Source: Eledone cirrhosa (lineage: Eukaryota). Taken from it: 64,000 nucleotides of DNA. The position numbers and the translations under genes are program-made. The notes beneath the pieces are model-generated. The model made no database searches, was not told where the DNA came from, and saw nothing but the letters and a program-made list of their open reading frames with translations. Shown here piece after piece: positions 55,413 to 64,000 of this stretch (the first letter of the stretch is position 1; every line of letters starts with the position of its first letter). The stretch spans positions 49,352,001 to 49,416,000 of the forward strand of contig OZ024749.1 in assembly GCA_964016885.1 (NCBI GenBank). Direction: 5' to 3'.

Positions 55413-56091
55413 TCTATATATTATTAAATATTACAAAACACTTGAAATTACTCTCTGCAATAGTCTGGATGATGTGGAATAATATGCATAGACCAGTTAA
55501 AATACCCAATGACTTATAAATCAATTATATTCCCCGAAGTGTTGTTTAAACAAAATTGTAAAAATCAGCCTTGAAATGCAATCAATATATAAATATCAAT
55601 GGTTCACTGCATATCTGTCCGTCAGAGACAAACGGCAATCTGTAACACGGTGCAAAATCAATATTCTCTTTGAAAAACATAATAACCGGAGATTCTTTTA
55701 TGTTTGTGTTTTATGCAGAGGATTGGTACGGTGAATTATAAATATATACTCACCATCAAATGCTTATTCACAGACACACATGCACACACCGATCCTCTGT
55801 CCTACGTTGAAAGCTTAACTGCTGGGCAGACAATATTTACGATAATTAAGCCCTTGATTAACGTAGAGTGTTCTAATATAAATAATGGTCTTACTTGTCC
55901 TTAGTAATAACATTGCATACGTGTGCGTGTGTACGGTTTAGTACTTAACTCTGCCTGCATTATGGGCTTCGGTACAATGTCTAATAAATTCTATTTACAA
56001 TATATTGTTAAGCGAGTTATTGATCGAAGTTAATTTACCGAGATTAATCTCATTATATCTTACGTGTAGATATGTCATTAAGAAAAGTTAA

Positions 56092-56127
<36 letters not shown>

Positions 56128-58046
56128 GGAGATAGAGAGGGAGAGACTCACCCATTCCAAAGTATCTCAAAAGTACATTCATATTAAGTTACTAACTAAC
56201 AGGTTTTATCTATGATTTAGATCGTAATATTTACCTAATTTGATTAAACGTTATCTAATTAAATGTTTTCACATTCACAGATATAGTCTAGGGACGTATT
56301 ACATCATATTAAAACGAATAAACAAACGTGATTTATGCTGCATTGATGTTGACGAAGAGAATCTTGTAAGTCGGTGAACGTAGTGTGTGTATGGACTCTC
56401 ATCTAAGAAGTGGTTAAGGATTCTACTTTACAGGCAGATGTAACGTAATTAACAGGGACGATCAGAGTGAACAATTATTTGTTATGACGTTTAATGTATA
56501 AGTACACGTAAGATTTTCAATCTACAGATATTCATTCTAGATTATTGGATCAATCCGAGGCTATTGTGAATGAAATGGCCAAACATATCATGCAGTAGGA
56601 TAGAACCCGATCAAAGTTACTTGTGAATTAGTCAAACATGCCTGTATAACGTATATAGAATCAAGAACATACATGATTGCATGGTCTTCGAGAGGTAACA
56701 GCTCTAAAAGCCGCAAATTATTTCCAAACATCGTAGAAAATATTGCTCTCGATATATATCTGAAACATAACACGGGATGACCAAACTTGTGAAACTAGAA
56801 ATATCAGAAACAACGCCAAGAAAATCATCGTGATGAATCAAAGATGGATCAGAACTTGAAGCAGTATTTATTCGAACAGCAGTGTATTCTAGTTAATTTC
56901 ATTTTTATACGATTCAATATAAAGCACCGAAACTTGGATAATCCACATAGCTTCTATTTGTTTGATAATTAAATTTACACTCATGCGCTCATCTTCAAAA
57001 CCACACATGTACGCATACATAAAAAAGTCGAATACATTAAACACCATCATACAGAGAAACATTAACGACTATCTTTCTCATATATATAGATATATGTGTG
57101 TGGAATGGATAGGCTCATGTTATATCGGCAAGAGTCCCAAGTGAAAAGAATTCAGCTGGAATGTTGCTTGGGATTCTGTGCAAATAATCGAATAAGAGAA
57201 GAATGTTTATCTGGAAATTCCATCACGACCATCACAAACTCTATTCAGGATAAGCGTGTTCATGACATCTAACTAAGAAATATATAGTATTTATTAGATT
57301 TCTCCACATACGCATCATATAGAAGAAAAATGGTTCCAACCGTTATATACATAGCATTATTTATTTTCGTTTCAGAATTTATCATCCATTCATCAATCAG
57401 GCAACTACATGGACATATACACGCAATATTTTTTATGTTATGAAGAATGATTTTCTTCGATCTTTCTTGTGAAAACTGTTCTTTATATACATTAAGCATC
57501 CTGGAGATCTAACTAGCATCGTTATAAATCTGTAAAATATATAAAATTGTAGATGTAGAAGTTAATGTAATTAACACTAAATTGATTTTCATATGATAAA
57601 TTACCACGTATTTGTTGTTGATCACACCCTGGTCAATACTGACTAAATTGACCTATGACCAAATGTAAGGAGGAATGTGTATGTCTAAATGAATAATCAA
57701 ACGTATTCTACCATTTTAAAGAGGATTGCATGTAACTTAGTGGAGCTGGCCCAAAATAATATAGTAGATGCGTGTATTGTTTTAGAATCAATGAATACTA
57801 CAATATTTATAAAAAATATAACCAACAAAAGGAAAACAAATAAAGTATTATATCTTTAATCCACTTAAACATGTTAAATGATAATTAAATTTGTTCTATC
57901 ATTTTTATTTACTATATAAAACGGCCAATATAAAAATAATTATTCCTTCGCACAGAAATGATACCATGCCGCACCTTTAGCAAAATAAATACATATGAAA
58001 TAATACGCAGTAACACACACACACACACTCGCACACACACGCGCAA

Positions 58047-58077
<31 letters not shown>

Positions 58078-58080
<3 letters not shown>

Positions 58081-59226
58081 TTATTAAAATAACAGATTAA
58101 AGTTTAAGCAAAGAATCGCTGCTTTCACCCGTATATGTTTTGTTTATTCCTTTACTTATTTGCATAGGTAAGTATATATTACCCGTATGTTTTGTGAAGG
58201 TATGTATACCTTCTTGTACGTATATTTGACTGTTATGGCGTATCATTCTGGTATTTAGGGTTTGGCTATGTGTATACGGGATTTTTGCGTCTGCGTGAGT
58301 ATGCAGGTTCGTACGTATGGTGGGTATGTGTATATGTGTACCTCTTGTTTTAGTTGACTTACGTCTCCGAACATTCGTGTATTTATATGTAGGTATGCGT
58401 GTGCGCTTGTTGTATACGTATTTATTTACTTATATACGTTTATATAATTATTTATTTATTTGTACACAAGCACACACACACACACACATATTTATATGTG
58501 CGTGGTTTTGTATACCGATGGTGAGGTTTTACGTATGCTTGTGTATGTACGTATCTGTTTGCGTGTATGTATTTGTTTGTTTCTATTACTTCTGTATTGT
58601 ATTTATTTACTTTGTTCTTAACTCTGTAGCGGAGAATTTTAGTCTACGACTTATGCTATACCATTTACGTGGTTTTGTCTTTGCGTGCTATTGTTCTCCA
58701 CGCTCCACATATGACTTATTATCTTCGTTTTTTCGTTCATTGCCAGAGAACGTCTCTATGCACCACCTAAGAGAACATTAGTCTACGACCTCTTTTATAC
58801 CATCAACGTGGTTCTGTCTTTGCGCGTAATTGTTTTTCACCGCTCCTATTAATGACGTATTATTGTTTTTTCCTGTTCTTTGCCAGCGAACGTTACCACG
58901 AACCAAAGTATCGCCTTCCTGTCTTCCTCCGGTTGCAACGTTTTTTTTAAATATCCAGTTCTGCGTTTACATATTGACTTTGTTAGTTTCAGAAGATCCC
59001 GTTAAGGGTGAAAGCAGCGAATCTGTTATTTTAATAAATATTTGCACTACGGTTCTTATATATTTGATATATATTTTCCTAATCGAGCCCTCTTTGGATT
59101 CTAGTCTTCAATTTTATTATTATTACTATATATATATATATATATATTTATTAAAATAACAGATTAAAGTTTAAGCAAAGAATCGCTGCTTTCACCCTTA
59201 ACGGGATCTTCTGAATGTATTATTAT
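58078..59226 (+). mobile_element. Longest copy of repeat family H7: inverted end, GT-rich region, ~140-bp internal tandem repeats, hammerhead-like motif, tail, then another inverted end
   Basis: cagaagatcccgttaagggtgaaagcagcga at 58990-59020; reverse-complement copies at 58078-58130 and 59146-59215; internal repeat anchored on tagtctacgac at about 58640 and 58779. Confidence 0.75.
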
Positions 59227-59874
59227 TACTATATATATATATATATATATGTAAACATACAAACATATCCACACCCACTCATATATATGCACATATGCAC
59301 GCATATCCATGAATTGTCTTCTTTCGCAATATAAAGACACATATATATATATATATGTGTGTGTATGTGCGTGCATGTCTGAATGTGTGCATGTGTGTGA
59401 GTGTGTGCGCGTGTGTTTATGCCTGCGAGTCTGCGAAAAGAATAGCGTATAATGCATTTGAGAGCTTCTTTTGAATTAAAAGATAATATTAAACAATATA
59501 GCACAGTTTGTGCATAAATACGTTAGTGCAGCAATGCGTTAAGTGTAAATGTTTGTTTTCTTGTTAGATATTAGATATTTAAATCTAATAAATGACATCT
59601 AATAAGACATAATAATTTTCTATTTGGTAATCTTCATATTTGAAAATTCATATTCTTGACAATATCCATTGGAGTTAATATTATCATCTGAAAGATGATT
59701 CCATAATTACCATGTATTTTTTGTCTTTTGCATACTAGGGAATATAGGAAAATCGATTTAAACAATATAGGAATAATTTTCGTAAATACAAGATTAATAA
59801 AAGAAAAGGCAACGCTGTCTGATGGAAGCAAATGAAAATGATAAGTATTTAAAATTCAATTTCAAGGGAGATAC

Positions 59875-59908
<34 letters not shown>

Positions 59909-59931
59909 GGGGGAGGGGGGGGGGGGGTGTT

Positions 59932-60006
<75 letters not shown>

Positions 60007-60403
60007 ATGTATTTATGAATGTATGTATATTTCTGTGTGTGTGTATTATGTAACTGAATATGTGCGGCGCTGTCTTTAGATTATTCTGCTTTGTGTCTAT
60101 GGCAAGGCATTTTATTTCATGTTGCTTCAGTTCACTCAGCAGGCAAGAGTTGTAAACATAGTTTAAAGAGCCAACACCGTTACACGTTGTGCGCACTGCA
60201 TCTCCCCCCAGTATGTATAATGCTCAGTTACTAGCATGGTAATACTCTGGTATTAGCTGTTTAAGCGGCAAGAGCTCAGCCATAGGGTCCCGACTTCATA
60301 TAATTATATATAAAGCGTGTCCCAAAAATTCTACACATAATTCAATTACATTCTAATAAATAATGCATGTACAGGTAATCGAAGTGGGGGACTATATATA
60401 TAT

Positions 60404-60718
<315 letters not shown>

Positions 60719-61122
60719 AGATCCTGACGTCTTTCTTTTTCCTAACATCTTTTAAGGCACGCAGTTTGCAATATATTGACAACTTATAAATTATTGAATA
60801 AACCATCAAGAATCTAATGGTTAATATCACAATGTAATTATTTTAATCGTAGGAAATATAATTAGGCAAGGCGTTATAATGTCGGTTATCTATTAGCTAT
60901 GGTATATATGAATAGATGAACATGTGCCAACTCAGCTTTACCTGCACGTAATAACATTGTTAATGTTTATTAAAAGTCTTGCAACTTTGTGTTATATATG
61001 AGATAATTAGTGAGAATATATTCAGTTAAATATACCCCCCCCCCCCTCCCATATATATAAATATAAATGTATATATTATAAAGAAAACGAAAATCAGTGA
61101 TGCATCTGGATTTAGATTATTT

Positions 61123-61214
61123 CGCGTTACAAATGTTTCGCCGGCATGTAGCCTGAGTCATGGTCCTTGTATGGATCTGGGTGATTTCTACTTCTGCGGG
61201 TTCTTTCAGACACG
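61123..61214 (-). ncRNA. Hammerhead-like motif with a very long stem II (H6)
   Basis: Minus strand cgtgt|CTGAAAGA|~60-nt imperfect hairpin|GAAAC-attt-GTA|acgcg; the element spans about 61078-61240 between TA tracts. Confidence 0.55.
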
Positions 61215-61237
61215 GGTGCTATGCTACCACTATACTG

Positions 61238-61314
<77 letters not shown>

Positions 61315-61626
61315 AAAATGGAACGGGAACAAAACAGAGAGTTTTGATATATATATATATATATATAGGGGTGGGGCGTGCTGGTATATGTGAAGGGCAT
61401 ACATATATGTATATATAAGTATTAGACCTCGACAACAGAGCTGAAGCCGATTCGACGGCTATTTCTGCATACATATATATATATATATATAATATATATA
61501 TTTCGAAAATATGTACGTCAATACTCATCTTTTTCCATTTCTCCGAGGGTTCTTAACCCCATTATCTTGCTAAATAAGTTTCTTTAATTTCTTTAGTAAA
61601 AAAACGGCGATAGCTTACATTTATAA

Positions 61627-61690
<64 letters not shown>

Positions 61691-62082
61691 TATATATATA
61701 TATACATATTGTTAAATATTTATTTCCGAGGAACATGCATGTATTTGTGGAAATTGAATATTATTACAACCTACGCAAAGTTGCACCTGTGCGAAATTAT
61801 AGTTTTGTGAAACCTCACAAGCTTTTTGAAAAACCATGTTTTATTATATGAGGAACAGCAACTGCAAAGATACATATATATATATTTCAGGAATAATGAA
61901 TTCATAGAATAAAGCTTGATTAGAATTGGCCTACCTTCGCTTCATCTGTTTTAGTATGGTAGAATCCACATAAAAGTTCATATAAATAATGACCAACTTA
62001 CCTACAATTAAAAAGAAAATATTTAAAATAAGTGCTTGCTGCAATAATATGTATCTCTTTTCTAACAACACGCAAATAGACT

Positions 62083-62121
<39 letters not shown>

Positions 62122-62125
<4 letters not shown>

Positions 62126-62376
62126 GGAGGTGAGTTTCATTGTAGTACAATAAAGCAATGCAGATATCGGATAAGAAGCACTCTACAGTTTGTGGGACTG
62201 GAGTATGCATAATATAATGTTGATTTAAAACTGCACTATCCACAAGTGTTTTTTAGCCTTCATATCATGTTCTCCTGTTTTATCTGATGAAAACACAAAT
62301 ATTATTGCTTGATGATGTTTGTTTTTGAAATGCGCATAAAATATATGGAACTCCTTTAACCATCTTTTGATCTTAT
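62122..62376 (+). mobile_element. H2 repeat copy 2 inside (TA)n
   Basis: Homologous to the modules of 35033-35320 but in a different order and orientation. Confidence 0.75.
62276..62343 (+). ncRNA. Second H2 hammerhead copy, cleavage site deleted
   Basis: tgttttat|CTGATGA|aaacacaaatattattg-ctt-gatgatgtttgttttt|GAAA|tgcgca then taaaata (3 nt lost relative to 35128-35198). Confidence 0.65.
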
Positions 62377-62581
62377 ATTATATATATATATATATATATA
62401 CACATGCATACGATATACATATATATCTTGTTAAATAGTTGACTCACTTAGTGTAAATAACTGAGTAGTACTGGACAGAATCGTGTAAGTAACCTCAAAT
62501 ACAATAAAGCGGAGAGCTACTCTTGCCCCCTTGTATTATTTTTCCATGAGTGGTCTCCAGTTTTCCGGTGTTATTATGAAA

Positions 62582-62739
62582 GGGCAATGGATTGGCAGTA
62601 TAAGTAGAGGGTCGGACGCCATACCATGACGTATGGAGTTACGGTCCTTGCCATTCTGAGTTCAAATCCAGCCGATGTTAACTTTGCCTTTCATTCATAC
62701 GGGCTCGATAAAATAAAGTACCAGTAATGAACTGGGTAT
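62582..62739 (+). mobile_element. tRNA-derived SINE, 3'-truncated (variant subfamily)
   Basis: Head and body match the consensus; the tail is lost. Confidence 0.85.
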
Positions 62740-62941
62740 TTCCGAGGTATTTCCTTTTTCAAAAATTATTATGAAATCGTCTTCTTTTTGACGACTACAT
62801 TAACATTCTATTTATTATCAGCTAATATTTTACACACACATATATATATATATATATATATTTGTTTGTATTTGAATAAAGATTTGTATTTTAAAAAATT
62901 GTAGTTCCGTATCATATACTATATATATATATATATATATA

Positions 62942-63062
62942 TAGTAATAATAATAAATTTGAAAAATAAAATCCAAAGAGGGCACGATAAGGATAAATAT
63001 ACATCAACTATATAAGAGCTGTAGAGAAAACATTTATTAAATCTGTTATTTTAATAAATAAA
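62942..63062 (-). mobile_element. H7 tail fragment with a small fold-back
   Basis: Matches 8683-8777, followed by a forward atctgttattttaataaata. Confidence 0.7.
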
Positions 63063-64000
63063 TGTAGATATATATAATAGTATATGATACAACATTAATT
63101 CATACCAATATTTCTTCAAACGCATACTTATAAATAATATCTAATTGGAAAGACAATTAAGTTGCGTAAAAACAAATAGACACGTTATGGATAAACTGCA
63201 ATCAAATCCAACAAACGAAGTACCAGTCAAGTCACCGTATATGTATGTATTCACACATAAATAAATGCACACAAATAGACATATACAAAATCTCCACACA
63301 TATTTAAATAAATCCTGACTCTCTTCTCTTGATCAAGCTAAGCATTCGTGTTGTGTCAGCTAGAATTGGAGTGTTAATGGGCTGACCAAGCCCATAGCTG
63401 TTATTTGTCTGTACTAAGCCCAAAACAAAATATAACGAGCCAAAGCGTAACAACATTAAGTATTTCAGAATAAACTATGCACATCATTATAGGCCGCTTT
63501 TTCAAAGTTAATTGAATCACGGTATATCTCTTCAAAAAAGAAATAACCCAACCGGTATTTTACATCATATTTTCAAACAGAGCTCTCTATGATTACGATT
63601 ATACCTTCCTACAGAATAAAAATCAGTAAGGCATGCGATGTTGCCATGCCTACATGCATCATATTATTGATATACGATATACCAATTATGTTTGAAATTA
63701 TATTATATACATGAAGTATTCTGAGAATTGAATATGTTTCTAACGATCGTCAAGTTTTCATTAATCATGGATATATTCGCTCCCCTTGCTAGAAAAAAAA
63801 AGAAAACCGTGCACACATCTATTAAATTACAAAATTATGAAGAGCACCATATACGAACTTTTATTAATCAAGGGAAGCTGATGATCCCGGTTTACACTAT
63901 AGCACCACAGTCTGGACTATGATTGCATTTCCTAAAATTCCTATTAGTGCAGTCATTCTAATACGTCAACAAACTCGCGTCTACAAATAAGTATATACTC

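Noticed and set aside
58620-58910. Regularly spaced repeats as a CRISPR-like array
   Set aside because: The whole ~140-bp unit is repeated with no unique spacers, the context is eukaryotic and there are no cas genes.

Overview
AT-rich (roughly 30% GC, estimated by eye), microsatellite-saturated eukaryotic non-coding DNA, intronic or intergenic. The dominant tRNA-derived SINE resembles the abundant octopus SINEs, so the source is most likely an octopod cephalopod (inference). I found no convincing host exon; almost all listed ORFs are read-throughs of (TA)n/(CA)n/(GA)n repeats. Recognisable content: (1) two decayed Penelope-like retroelements (PLEs; RT plus C-terminal GIY-YIG) at about 1147-2600 (+) and 19975-21260 (-); (2) 16 copies of one young ~190-bp tRNA-SINE, several with target-site duplications, plus older SINEs; (3) several unrelated families of short non-coding inserts lying in or beside (TA)n tracts. 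Many of these carry a minimal type-I hammerhead ribozyme (CUGANGA...GAAA, a palindromic 4-6-nt stem III, then UH), and many show inverted or fold-back end rearrangements. These look like PLE pseudo-LTR remnants or non-autonomous, retrozyme-like elements. In addition, unique flanking DNA has been duplicated as inverted repeats around TA tracts at two places. The most notable system is this dense, multi-family, TA-associated hammerhead/PLE assemblage.
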